Counted from the first letter of the stretch, positions 28,152 to 37,447 are shown. The stretch: 64,000 bases of DNA from Acidimicrobiia bacterium (GCA_022828135.1 JAJEJB010000015.1:81484-145483), one strand, 5' to 3'. Notes: generated by a model not told the origin, from the sequence alone. Numbers and translations: made by a program.

Positions 28152-29374
28152 GAAGACGCGCTCTGGCGGTGACGGCCGCGCTGGCGGTCTCCTCCACGCT
28201 GGTGTGGGGGAATCCGGTGGCCACGGCCCAGCAGGCCGTGCCGGACCGTGAGATCGAGGCACGCATCGGCGCACGTTGGCATGTCGACGGGCGCGTCGAG
28301 TTCGGGTTGCAAGTGCGCGCCGACACTGGCGAATGGGGCGAGATCCAGCAGCCGGCCAGGCGCTTCATGCCAGCGGGCCGCCGGAGCTGGCTGTCGACCT
28401 CGCGCTGGCTGTCGACCTCGCCGATCGCCCTCCGGGGCGCCGAGGCCCGCGTCGTCGCACGGCGACTCGCCGACGGCCGGGTCGAGGCCACGCTGAGGGT
28501 GCGCATCGAACGTGGGGAGTGGAGCGAGCGCTTGACCGAGCGGCGACGGTTGCTGACCGGGGGCGGAGAGATCGGCGTCTGGTATTGGTCGTCACCGGTG
28601 AGGCTGGCCGCACAGTGGGCCCAGATCGTCGCGTTCTACGGCCATCCCGGGGTTCCCTCCATGGGGGTGCTCGGCCATGGAACGCCGGCGGAAGTGGCCG
28701 AAGAGATCGCCGAATGGACAGAACGCTACGACCGGCTGAACGGACCCCGCGGCACCGTCGGGGCCTACCACCTCATCACCGGTGTCGCCCAGGCCAATCC
28801 GACATCGGACGGCACCTGGCTCTACCGGCTCCCCCACGACCGCATCGCCACCTATGTCGAGGCAGCCCGGGAGCACGGAATGCTCCTGTTCATCGACAAC
28901 CAGATCGGCTGGAGCGATCCCCTCTCGGAGGTGAAGCTCCTCGAGGACTTCCTGCGGGAGCCGTTCGTCCATATGGCGTTGGACCCGGAGTTCGCGACCC
29001 AGCCGCTGGGGGTCCGTCCGGGGCGGGCCATCGGCGGCATCACCGGCGAGCAGGTGAACGAGGTGCTGCTCTACCTCTCGGAACTGGTGGAGGAGGAGGG
29101 GTTGCCGCCCAAGATCCTGATGGTGCACCAGTTCGCCGACCGCATGCTGCACAACCGGGATGTCATCGTGACGCAACCCGGCGTCGAGCTGTCGATCGAC
29201 ATGGACGGCATCGGGAGCCCCCGGGCCAAGCTGTACGGCTACGAGCTCTACGCCATCACCGAACCCTCGCAACGTCCGACCTTCAAGCTGTTCTTCGACC
29301 AGGACGATCCACTGATAAGCCCCGAAGGGGTCCTGGCGATGGACCCGGTGCCCGACGTGATCATCTACCAGTAA
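28148..29374 (+). CDS. Secreted hypothetical protein: two N-terminal modules of about 40 aa (DGRVE...GEW) plus a C-terminal domain of unknown function
   Basis: Signal peptide MRRRALAVTAALAVSSTLVWGNPVATAQQ. The GTG start overlaps the upstream stop (GTGA). It contains an 18-bp perfect tandem duplication at 28386-28421. Confidence 0.6.
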   Translation: MRRRALAVTAALAVSSTLVWGNPVATAQQAVPDREIEARIGARWHVDGRVEFGLQVRADTGEWGEIQQPARRFMPAGRRSWLSTSRWLSTSPIALRGAEARVVARRLADGRVEATLRVRIERGEWSERLTERRRLLTGGGEIGVWYWSSPVRLAAQWAQIVAFYGHPGVPSMGVLGHGTPAEVAEEIAEWTERYDRLNGPRGTVGAYHLITGVAQANPTSDGTWLYRLPHDRIATYVEAAREHGMLLFIDNQIGWSDPLSEVKLLEDFLREPFVHMALDPEFATQPLGVRPGRAIGGITGEQVNEVLLYLSELVEEEGLPPKILMVHQFADRMLHNRDVIVTQPGVELSIDMDGIGSPRAKLYGYELYAITEPSQRPTFKLFFDQDDPLISPEGVLAMDPVPDVIIYQ

Positions 29375-29472
29375 GGGGCAGTCAGAGGCCGAGCGGAGCG
29401 AGGCCGTGGCCCGAGCGGCCCGTGAGCGCAGCGAACAAGAGCGGGCATGGCACCGCCGCACCGCGAGGCGGC
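29374..29472 (+). repeat. Dispersed repeat family, copy 3 (short form), bracketed by the 14-nt direct repeat ATCATCTACCAGTA
   Basis: The core is at 29399-29445. The left terminus TCAGAGGCCGAGCGG is at 29382. The flanking direct repeats are at 29360-29373 and 29473-29486. Confidence 0.85.
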
Positions 29473-29501
29473 ATCATCTACCAGTAGCGGCGCGCGTGCT
29501 C

Positions 29502-30293
29502 TCAGGTCAGCAGCAGTCCGATCTGTCGGGAGGTGGCGACCAGGGCGCCGGTCGAGTCCCATAGAGAGCCCGACTCGATCATCCGGCCGTCGTGAAGGTC
29601 GTGGCTCTCCTGGCGGACCTGGAGCCATCCCGACGCCGGCACCCTGCGGGCGTGGACGGTCAACTCGATGGTCGGCACCCAGCCGATGAAGCCCAGCAGG
29701 GGATACAGCGAGGGCGGCAGGGCGTCGGCGAAGAAGGGCAGAGCCATCGTGGACGGCGCCGAGCCGTCGTTGAAGCGGATCCAGCCGTCGATGAGCGCCT
29801 GATCGCTGCCTCCCGCGGGAGCATGGTCGGGATGCACGTGCACGTCCACCCGGGAGAGGATCGGCAGCTCCACGCCCTGCTCGAGGCTGCCCCGATGGAC
29901 GCACTGCTGCACCGGCGGGATCGCCGGCGGCGCCTCGGATATCTCCAAGCCGCGGCTGTTGCCCGACGGCAGGTCCGAGAAGGCGGCCAGCACCTCGAGC
30001 CGCTGCCTGCCCTCCTGCCAGAGTGATCCTCGCAGCGTGCTCACGGCGCGGCCGGCGCGGACGACCGAGGCCCGCACCTCGGCGTCGGTGTCGCCCTTGC
30101 TCGGACGGAGAAAGTGTGTGGTCACCGAGATCGGATCGGCCTGAGGTACCAGCGAGCGCATGGCTCTCAGCACCGATGTGAGCGCGTAGCCGCCGTTGCT
30201 GTTGTCCGCGATGTTCCAGCCGGCCGACAAGCGAGTGGCCCACCGGCCCTCGCCCACCGGTTCAACCGCCGTCTCGGCGTCGAACTGACTCAT
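29502..30293 (-). CDS. Thioesterase-family protein (double hot-dog, acyl-CoA thioesterase-like)
   Basis: A 263-aa product from the ATG at 30293 (MSQFDAETAVEPVG...). It resembles TesB-related thioesterase-superfamily proteins. The ORF-track 546-aa form is an over-extension. Confidence 0.6.
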   Translation of the reverse strand: MSQFDAETAVEPVGEGRWATRLSAGWNIADNSNGGYALTSVLRAMRSLVPQADPISVTTHFLRPSKGDTDAEVRASVVRAGRAVSTLRGSLWQEGRQRLEVLAAFSDLPSGNSRGLEISEAPPAIPPVQQCVHRGSLEQGVELPILSRVDVHVHPDHAPAGGSDQALIDGWIRFNDGSAPSTMALPFFADALPPSLYPLLGFIGWVPTIELTVHARRVPASGWLQVRQESHDLHDGRMIESGSLWDSTGALVATSRQIGLLLT

Positions 30294-30401
30294 CGGTGCA
30301 CCGCCAGAAGAGGTCTCCAGCCCTCGCAGCCTCCAAAGGCGCCCGTGAACACGCTGGTAGTCTGGCGCTTTCGCGCGTCCACACAACTCGGAGAATCCCC
30401 C

Positions 30402-31238
30402 ATGCGACTTGTGACCGTCCGGATCGATGGAGCCACCCGTGCCGGTCGGCTGTCGGGCGATGAGATCGTCCTGCTGGACGCTCCCGACGTGCGAGCGGTG
30501 CTCGAAGCGGGGCCGGTGACGACGGGCGGGCTGCCTGTTGCCGAGTCGGGAGGCACGGTGGCCGCAGACGGCACCGACCTGGCTCCAGTGATCCCAGCAC
30601 CCGACAAGATCATCTGCGTGGGCCTCAACTACCGCGACCACGCGGCGGAGACCAACAACCCGTTGCCCACCGCGCCCATCTACTTCGCGAAGTACCGCCG
30701 GGCCCTGACCGGACCCTACGACCCGATCCGGCTGCCGCCGCCGGAGGTGTCGACCAGCGCCGACTGGGAAGTCGAACTGGCGGTGGTCGTCGGCCGGGAG
30801 GTGCGCAATGCCGGACCGGACGAGGCGCTCGGGGCCATCGCCGGCTTCACAGTGCTCAACGACGTGTCGATCCGAGACTGGCAGACCCGCACGACGCAGT
30901 TCCTGGCCGGCAAGACCTTCGAGGGGTCCACGCCGGTCGGCCCGGCACTGGTCACCGCCGACAAGATCGGCGACGGCCGCGGCCTGAACGTGAGCTGCAC
31001 CGTCGACGGGGTCACCAAGCAGTCGTCCAACACCGACCAGCTCGTATTCGGGCCGGCGGAACTGGTGGCCGACTTGAGCACGATCATGACCCTGGACCCG
31101 GGTGACATCATCGCCACCGGAACACCGAGCGGCGTCGGTCACGCCCGGAACCCGCAGGAGGCTCTCTCACCCGGCGCAGTAGTGCGCACCGCCATCGAGG
31201 GCATCGGGGAGATGGTCAACACCTGCGTAGTCGGCTGA
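30402..31238 (+). CDS. Fumarylacetoacetate hydrolase (FAH) family protein
   Basis: An RBS GGAGA lies 8 nt upstream of the ATG at 30402. FAH motifs are present (KIICVGLNYRDHA, WEVELAVVVG, GDIIATGTPSGVG). Confidence 0.85.
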   Translation: MRLVTVRIDGATRAGRLSGDEIVLLDAPDVRAVLEAGPVTTGGLPVAESGGTVAADGTDLAPVIPAPDKIICVGLNYRDHAAETNNPLPTAPIYFAKYRRALTGPYDPIRLPPPEVSTSADWEVELAVVVGREVRNAGPDEALGAIAGFTVLNDVSIRDWQTRTTQFLAGKTFEGSTPVGPALVTADKIGDGRGLNVSCTVDGVTKQSSNTDQLVFGPAELVADLSTIMTLDPGDIIATGTPSGVGHARNPQEALSPGAVVRTAIEGIGEMVNTCVVG

Positions 31239-31272
31239 GGCGCCGTCGGGCCCCGTCCGGGCAGCGACAGTC

Positions 31273-32913
31273 ATGACGACTGGGGGCACCCCGCAACCGC
31301 TGCCTGAGACTCCCACGGTCGCGTCCGTCGCGGTCGCCGGACTCAGATCGCTGGGCGTGGACACCCTGTTCTGCCTGCCCGGCGTGCAGAACGACGACTT
31401 CTTCGACGCCCTCGTCGACGCCCGCGACATCCGGCCCGTGGTCACCCGCCACGAGCAGGGCGCGGCCTACATGGCCCTGGGCGCGGCCCAGGTCACGGCC
31501 CGGCCCGCCGCGCTGTGCGTCGTGCCCGGTCCGGGCATGCTCAACGCCGCGGCCGGCCTCACCAGCGCCTACTGGGGCAACGCCAGGGTGCTGGCCCTGG
31601 TCGGGGCGGTCCCCTCGGGATTGCGGGGCCGCAGCACCGGCATCCTGCACGACCTGCCCGATCCCGCCGCGGTGCTGCGCCAGCTGACCAAACACACCGG
31701 CTATGTCGGCCGCGGCATCGACGCGGTCGGCGTGTGGCAGCAGGCCATCGACGCACTCGCCTCCGGCGTTCCCCGCCCGGTGGCGGTGGAGGTACCCGTG
31801 GACGTGTGGAGCCAGCCCGCCGACGGCGTGCTCGAAGCACCCCGAGCGACCAAGCCCGCCATCGACACCGACCAGATCGAGGAGGCCGCCCGGGTCCTCG
31901 GGCGGGCCCGCCGTCCGCTGATCATGGTGGGCGGCGGCGCCCAGGACGCCTCTGAGCCCGTCAGGAGACTGGCCGAGATGCTGGAGGCGCCGGTCTTCGC
32001 CCGGCACATGGGCCTGGGGGTGATGGACACGCGCCACCGCCTGCACGCCTACCTGACTGTCGGCCGCGATCTGTGGCCCACCTCCGATGTCGTGCTGGGC
32101 ATCGGCACCCGGATGGAGTTCCCGAACGTTGAGTGGGGAGTGGACCCCGCCCAGACGATCGTGCAGGTGAACATCGACGCCGGCGAGCTGGACAGGCACC
32201 GCACCGGCACCGTGGGCGTCCACGGCGACGCGGCAGAGGCGTGCAGGCTGCTCATCGAGGCACTCGGCCGCCACAACCGCCGCCGCGACGATCGCACCGA
32301 CGAGATCGCCGGACTTCGGGCCCGGCATTTCGAGCGGATCGCCTACCTCGAGCCCCAGCTCAGCTACCTGCGCGCCATCCGGTCGGTGATGCCCGACGAC
32401 GGGATCATCGTCGAGGACGTCACCCAGGTCGCCTTCGTAGCCCACATCGGCTACGAGCACCGCCGGCCCCGGACGTATCTGGCCACCGGCGGGGCGGGGA
32501 CGCTCGGCGCGGGCGTGGCCCACGGCATCGGCGCCGCGGCCGCCTCACCGCACCGGGCCCAGCTCACCATCGTCGGCGACGGCGGGATGCTCTTCACCGC
32601 CACGGAGCTGGCCACCGCGGTGCAGCATGGCATCAACACGACGGTGCTGCTGTTCGACAACGCCGGCTACGGCAACGTCCAGCGCCTGCAGCGGCAGCGC
32701 TTCGGCCCGGACCGGACCATCGCCTCGGCCCTGCGCAACCCCGACTGGGTCATGTTCGGGGAGAGTCTCGGCGTGCGCACCGAGCGGGCCGGCAGTCCCA
32801 CCGAACTGCCGCTGGTGCTCGAGAGGTCGCTGGCCCATCCCGGACCGTCGATGGTGGTGGTGGACATCGCCGATGAACCCGACCCGTGGCCGCTCCTGCG
32901 CATCCGGCGCTGA
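31273..32913 (+). CDS. Thiamine-pyrophosphate-dependent enzyme (acetolactate-synthase large-subunit-like)
   Basis: Three-domain TPP enzyme layout, with the TPP-binding motif IVGDGGMLFTATELATAV...LLFDNAGYGN. Confidence 0.8.
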   Translation: MTTGGTPQPLPETPTVASVAVAGLRSLGVDTLFCLPGVQNDDFFDALVDARDIRPVVTRHEQGAAYMALGAAQVTARPAALCVVPGPGMLNAAAGLTSAYWGNARVLALVGAVPSGLRGRSTGILHDLPDPAAVLRQLTKHTGYVGRGIDAVGVWQQAIDALASGVPRPVAVEVPVDVWSQPADGVLEAPRATKPAIDTDQIEEAARVLGRARRPLIMVGGGAQDASEPVRRLAEMLEAPVFARHMGLGVMDTRHRLHAYLTVGRDLWPTSDVVLGIGTRMEFPNVEWGVDPAQTIVQVNIDAGELDRHRTGTVGVHGDAAEACRLLIEALGRHNRRRDDRTDEIAGLRARHFERIAYLEPQLSYLRAIRSVMPDDGIIVEDVTQVAFVAHIGYEHRRPRTYLATGGAGTLGAGVAHGIGAAAASPHRAQLTIVGDGGMLFTATELATAVQHGINTTVLLFDNAGYGNVQRLQRQRFGPDRTIASALRNPDWVMFGESLGVRTERAGSPTELPLVLERSLAHPGPSMVVVDIADEPDPWPLLRIRR

Positions 32914-32929
32914 CACTAGGATCGCTGCG

Positions 32930-34051
32930 ATGATCCGAACCAGTGGGCCTCGCCGCGGGGCGCGGCGCACCGGGGTCGATTGGTTCCTGACCTTCATGCG
33001 GGTGGCGATCCTCACGCTGGTCGCCGTCGGGATCCTGGCATTCATCTGGCAGGAGATCGACACCGACAATCCCTTCGCCCGCTGGGCCAATCCCGACGCC
33101 ACCGGCCTCACCGGAGCCCAGTTCCGGGGGCTGGTCATCTCCGGCGTAGCCCAGGGCTGCATGTACGGGCTGATCGCGCTGGGCTACTCGATGGTCTACG
33201 GCGTGCTGGGGTTCATCAACTTCGCCCACGGCGAGGTGTTCATGGTGGGAGCCATGACCGGGATGATCACCTCCAACAAGCTGGCCGACGCCGGGCTGTG
33301 GGAGAGCAATTTCATCGGGTCGATGGTGTTCATCGTGATCGTCTCGATGATCGTGTGCACGCTGGTGGCGGTGGTCATGGAGCGGGTCGCCTACCGGCCG
33401 CTGCGGGGGTCGCCGCGGCTGATCCCGCTGATCACATCGATCGGAGTGTCGTTCTTCATCCAGAACACGTCGATCGTGCTGCTGGGCCCCGCGGCCAAGG
33501 CCTACCCCGACGTGCCCGACTGGGTGAAGGACAAGCACACCTTCCTGCAGATCGAAGGGTCCAGAATCCTCGTCGTGGTGGTGGCCGCAGTGTCGATGGG
33601 GGTGCTGTGGTACCTGGTGGAGCACACCAAGGGCGGCAAGGCCATGCGGGCGGTGGCCGAGGACGCCGAGATCGCCGCTCTCATGGGCATCAACGTGAAC
33701 CGCACCATCGTGAAGGTGTTCGCAGTGGGCGGCGCCATGGCCGGGCTGGCCGGGATCCTGTGGGGGATCCTGTTCCGCAGCGTGATCCACACCACCGGCT
33801 TCCTGCCCGGCATCAAGGCATTCAGCGCGGCGGTTGTGGGGGGCATCGGCCATCTCGGCGGAGCCATGGCCGGAGGGCTGTCCATCGGCGTGGCCGAGTC
33901 GGTGGGCCCGCTGCTGATCCTGGAGCCGCTGGGGGTCAGCGGCGTGTCGCAGTTGCGCGACGCGGTGGCCTTCGCGGTGCTGATCGGCGTGCTGCTGCTG
34001 CGTCCCGCCGGGATCTTCGGCGAGCGCCTGCCGGCAGAGGACCGGACATGA
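32930..34051 (+). CDS. livH: Branched-chain amino-acid-type ABC transporter permease (LivH family)
   Basis: Multi-TM protein with LivH-like motifs (INFAHGEVFMVGAM, RAVAEDAEIAALMGIN). The ATG at 32930 lies 16 nt after the TPP gene stop. Confidence 0.8.
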   Translation: MIRTSGPRRGARRTGVDWFLTFMRVAILTLVAVGILAFIWQEIDTDNPFARWANPDATGLTGAQFRGLVISGVAQGCMYGLIALGYSMVYGVLGFINFAHGEVFMVGAMTGMITSNKLADAGLWESNFIGSMVFIVIVSMIVCTLVAVVMERVAYRPLRGSPRLIPLITSIGVSFFIQNTSIVLLGPAAKAYPDVPDWVKDKHTFLQIEGSRILVVVVAAVSMGVLWYLVEHTKGGKAMRAVAEDAEIAALMGINVNRTIVKVFAVGGAMAGLAGILWGILFRSVIHTTGFLPGIKAFSAAVVGGIGHLGGAMAGGLSIGVAESVGPLLILEPLGVSGVSQLRDAVAFAVLIGVLLLRPAGIFGERLPAEDRT

Positions 34052-35895
34052 CCGCCACCCTTCCGCCGGAGACGGGGGCGGTGGGCGGTCCGGACGGGAT
34101 GCCGCTGGCGCCGTCGCGGCCCGTGCTGGCCCAGGATTGGCGGCGGCTGGTACGAATGGGCGCCGTCGGAGCGGTCGCGCAGATCTTCATCGCCCTGTCG
34201 AACATGCCGGTGCGCCTCGACGAGCGGGTGGTCGTGAAGCCCGTGCTGAGCCTCGGGTATCTGACCCTGCTGATAGTGCCGTTCGCGGCGGGTTACCGAG
34301 TAGGCCACCAGATCAAGCGGGAGGGTATGCCACAGTACGCAGCCGGCGCGCATGAAGTCGCGGGCGGCGCGGCGTGCGGAGCTCTCGTCGGCGGCGGGCT
34401 GTCGCTGCTGGCCGTGCTTCTGGCCAACTTCGACCTGCGCGAGCCGCTGGTCAACTGGAGCCCGATGCTGGCCGAGCTGCTCGCCTTCGGCAACGCCACA
34501 TGGTTCGCGGTGGTCATCTGGCTGCTGATCGGCGCGGCGATCGGGGCGGTGGGCGGGATCCTTCGAACGCTCGGTCCGCGGACCAGCCGGGCGGTGGTGA
34601 CCATGGCCCTCGCGGTGGCGGGCGCCGCGGTGCTGGAGCCGCTGGTCGTGGATCTGGCCGAGGGCATGAGGCTCGAGGCACTGACCGACCGGCTCTATGC
34701 CCGCCGGGGAGGGGTCAACTGGACGAGTGCGCTGGGCCTCGCGGCCGCGTCCGGCGTCCTCGCGGTGCTCGCCCGGGGACGGGTCCGCCAGGCCCGGGAC
34801 CACATCGCCTCGCTCGAGGGGGCCAGGCGGAACCGGGCCAACCTCGGGCTGATCCTGCTGACCGGCGCGGCGCTGATCATCCTGCCCTTGTTCGCAGGCA
34901 AGCTCACCAACGAGCTGCTGGCCAACGTCGGGTTGTTCGTGCTGCTCGCGTTGGGCCTCAACGTTGTGGTAGGGCTGGCCGGCATCCTGGATCTGGGCTA
35001 TGTGGCCTTCTTCGCGGTGGGGAGCTACTCGGCTGCGGTTCTCACGGCCGCCACGTCACCCAGGATCAACCCGGAGATGCCGTGGCTGGTCGCTCTCATC
35101 GTGGTGGTGATCATCACGGGCCTGGTCGGCCTGTTCATCGGCGCGCCGGTCATCCGGATGCGGGGCGACTACCTGGCCATCGTCACGCTGGGCTTCGGCG
35201 AGATCATCCGGCTGATCTTCCTGTCGGACTGGCTGTCGGGATGGTTCGGGGGCTCCCAGGGCATCACCAAGATCCCCGGCGCCGGGATCTTCGGGCTGAC
35301 CAGCGTGGCCGGCACCGACCCGCGCCGCGTCTTCTACCTGGTGCTGGCCTTCTGCGCCATCGCCATCTACGTCTCGTGGCGGCTGGAGCGGTCGCGGCTC
35401 GGGCGGGCCTGGATGGCCGTGCGCGAGGACGAGACGGTGGCCGAGGCGATGGGCATCAACACCGTCAACGTCAAGCTCCTGGCCTTCGTCGTGGGCGCCA
35501 TTCTGGGATCCTTCAGCGGCGCGATCTTCTCGGCCAAGGTCGGCTCGGTGTTCCCCAACAGCTTCCTGATCCTGGTGTCGATCGTGATCCTGGTGGTGGT
35601 GATCTTCGGGGGAATGGGCAGCATCGTGGGCGTCATCGCCGGCTCCGCGGTGCTGATCGGCGTACTGGGCGGCCCCAAGCAGCCCGGGCTCTTGGCCGAG
35701 TTCTCGGAGTTCAAGCTGCTGATCTATGGGGCGCTGCTGATCTGGATGATGCTGGCCCGCCCGGAGGGTCTGATACCCAGCGTGCGCCGGTCGCGCGAGC
35801 TCCACCAGGAGGAGATGGCCCAGGACGCTTGGCTCAGGGGCCAAGTCGAAGACGATGACAGCGACGGCGGCACCCACGCCGCGCCGGCGACATGA
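34048..35895 (+). CDS. livM: Branched-chain amino-acid-type ABC transporter permease (LivM family) with an N-terminal membrane extension of about 275 aa
   Basis: The ATG overlaps the livH stop (ATGA). The LivM core begins around LGLNVVVGLAGILDLGYVAFFAVGSY. Confidence 0.8.
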   Translation: MTATLPPETGAVGGPDGMPLAPSRPVLAQDWRRLVRMGAVGAVAQIFIALSNMPVRLDERVVVKPVLSLGYLTLLIVPFAAGYRVGHQIKREGMPQYAAGAHEVAGGAACGALVGGGLSLLAVLLANFDLREPLVNWSPMLAELLAFGNATWFAVVIWLLIGAAIGAVGGILRTLGPRTSRAVVTMALAVAGAAVLEPLVVDLAEGMRLEALTDRLYARRGGVNWTSALGLAAASGVLAVLARGRVRQARDHIASLEGARRNRANLGLILLTGAALIILPLFAGKLTNELLANVGLFVLLALGLNVVVGLAGILDLGYVAFFAVGSYSAAVLTAATSPRINPEMPWLVALIVVVIITGLVGLFIGAPVIRMRGDYLAIVTLGFGEIIRLIFLSDWLSGWFGGSQGITKIPGAGIFGLTSVAGTDPRRVFYLVLAFCAIAIYVSWRLERSRLGRAWMAVREDETVAEAMGINTVNVKLLAFVVGAILGSFSGAIFSAKVGSVFPNSFLILVSIVILVVVIFGGMGSIVGVIAGSAVLIGVLGGPKQPGLLAEFSEFKLLIYGALLIWMMLARPEGLIPSVRRSRELHQEEMAQDAWLRGQVEDDDSDGGTHAAPAT

Positions 35896-36701
35896 CTGCC
35901 GCCAACGGAACCGGGCGGCGGCCGCTGCTCGAGACCCGCGGCCTGAGCGTGGACTTCGGCGGTCTGCACGCCCTCGACGGACTCGACTTCGAGGTCCACT
36001 CCGGTGAGATCGTCTCGGTGATCGGGCCGAACGGCGCGGGCAAGACCACCTTGTTCAACGCCATTACCGCCACCGTCGAGCGGTCTGCCGGCGACATCCT
36101 CTTCGAGGGCACCTCGCTGATGGGTCTGGACCCCAACCGGGTCACTGCTCGGGGCATCGCCCGCACTTTCCAGAACGTGCGGCTGTTCGCCAACATGACC
36201 GTGCTGGAGAACGTCATGGTCTCGCAGCACTGCCGCACCCGCCAGCACGCCTTCGGCGCCCTGTTCTACACACCGTCCTTCAGGCGCGAGGAGGCCGAGA
36301 TCCGCGAGCGGGCCGAGAAGGTCCTCAGCTTCTTCGGGTCTCGGCTCGCCGGTTATCGCTTCGACCAGCCGGCCTTCACCCTGTCCTATGCCAACCGGCG
36401 CCGGCTGGAGATCGCCCGAGCCATGGCCACCCAACCCAAGCTGATCCTGCTCGACGAGCCGGTTGCGGGCATGAACCCGGTGGAGTCGGCCGAGCTCACC
36501 GGGATGATCGGACGCCTGCGCGACGAGTGGGGCTTCGCCATCGTGGTCATCGAGCACCACATGGACGTGGTGCGGGAGGTCTCGGACCGGGTGGTGGTGC
36601 TCGACCACGGAACCAAGATCGCCGAGGGCGACTACGCCGATGTCTCCAACGATCCCCGGGTGATCGAGGCCTACCTGGGCCAGGGGACCGAGACGTCATG
36701 A
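35892..36701 (+). CDS. livG: ABC transporter ATP-binding protein (LivG family)
   Basis: Walker A GPNGAGKTT, Walker B LILLDEPVAGM, and an ATGA overlap with livM. Confidence 0.85.
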   Translation: MTAANGTGRRPLLETRGLSVDFGGLHALDGLDFEVHSGEIVSVIGPNGAGKTTLFNAITATVERSAGDILFEGTSLMGLDPNRVTARGIARTFQNVRLFANMTVLENVMVSQHCRTRQHAFGALFYTPSFRREEAEIRERAEKVLSFFGSRLAGYRFDQPAFTLSYANRRRLEIARAMATQPKLILLDEPVAGMNPVESAELTGMIGRLRDEWGFAIVVIEHHMDVVREVSDRVVVLDHGTKIAEGDYADVSNDPRVIEAYLGQGTETS

Positions 36702-37447
36702 GCACCGACCAGGACGGGGCGGCTGTGACGCCTCTATTGGAGATGCGCTCGGTGAACGCCCACTACGGAGCGGTGCATGCCCTGCGGGACGTGGACCTCG
36801 CGATCTATGGGGGTGAACTGGTGTGCCTGCTGGGCGGCAACGCCAGCGGCAAGTCCACCACGCTCAAGACGCTGCTCGGCATGCTCAAGCCGACCACGGG
36901 GGAGGTCGTGCTCGACGGCGAGGTCGTCAACGACAAGCCCACCAGCTACCGGGTGGCCCGGGGCGTGACCATGGTCCCGGAGAACCGCCGGCTGTTCAAG
37001 CGCCTGAGCGTGCGCGAGAACCTCGACCTGGGCGCCTACCTGCGGTCCGACACCGACGACATAGCCGCCGACCTGGAGCGGGTGTTCGAACTGTTCCCCC
37101 GAGTCAAGGAGCGCCTCAACCAGAAGGCGGGCACGCTGTCGGGCGGCGAGCAGCAGATGGTGGCCATGGGCCGGGCGCTGATGGCCAAGCCCCGGGTGCT
37201 GTTGATGGACGAGCCGTCGATGGGTCTGGCTCCCGCGCTGGTGCAACAGAACTTCGAACTCATCCAGCAGATCCACGAGGCCGGGCTGACGGTGTTCATG
37301 GTGGAGCAGAACGCCAACATGGCCCTGTCCATCGCCGACAGAGGCTGGGTGCTGCAGACCGGCCGGGTCGTGCTCGACGACACCGCCGAGAACCTGCTGG
37401 CCCACCCCGATCTGCGAGCCTCCTACCTGGGCCAAGCCGACACCTGA
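36698..37447 (+). CDS. livF: ABC transporter ATP-binding protein (LivF family)
   Basis: Walker A GGNASGKST, signature LSGGEQQM, Walker B VLLMDEPS, and an ATGA overlap with livG. Confidence 0.85.
   Translation: MSTDQDGAAVTPLLEMRSVNAHYGAVHALRDVDLAIYGGELVCLLGGNASGKSTTLKTLLGMLKPTTGEVVLDGEVVNDKPTSYRVARGVTMVPENRRLFKRLSVRENLDLGAYLRSDTDDIAADLERVFELFPRVKERLNQKAGTLSGGEQQMVAMGRALMAKPRVLLMDEPSMGLAPALVQQNFELIQQIHEAGLTVFMVEQNANMALSIADRGWVLQTGRVVLDDTAENLLAHPDLRASYLGQADT

Noticed and set aside
34048-34880. The N-terminal membrane extension of LivM (about 275 aa), considered as a novel fused domain.
   Set aside because: Extended LivM permeases with an extra N-terminal membrane domain of unknown function are, to my knowledge, common in high-GC bacteria. 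Nothing here distinguishes this one.
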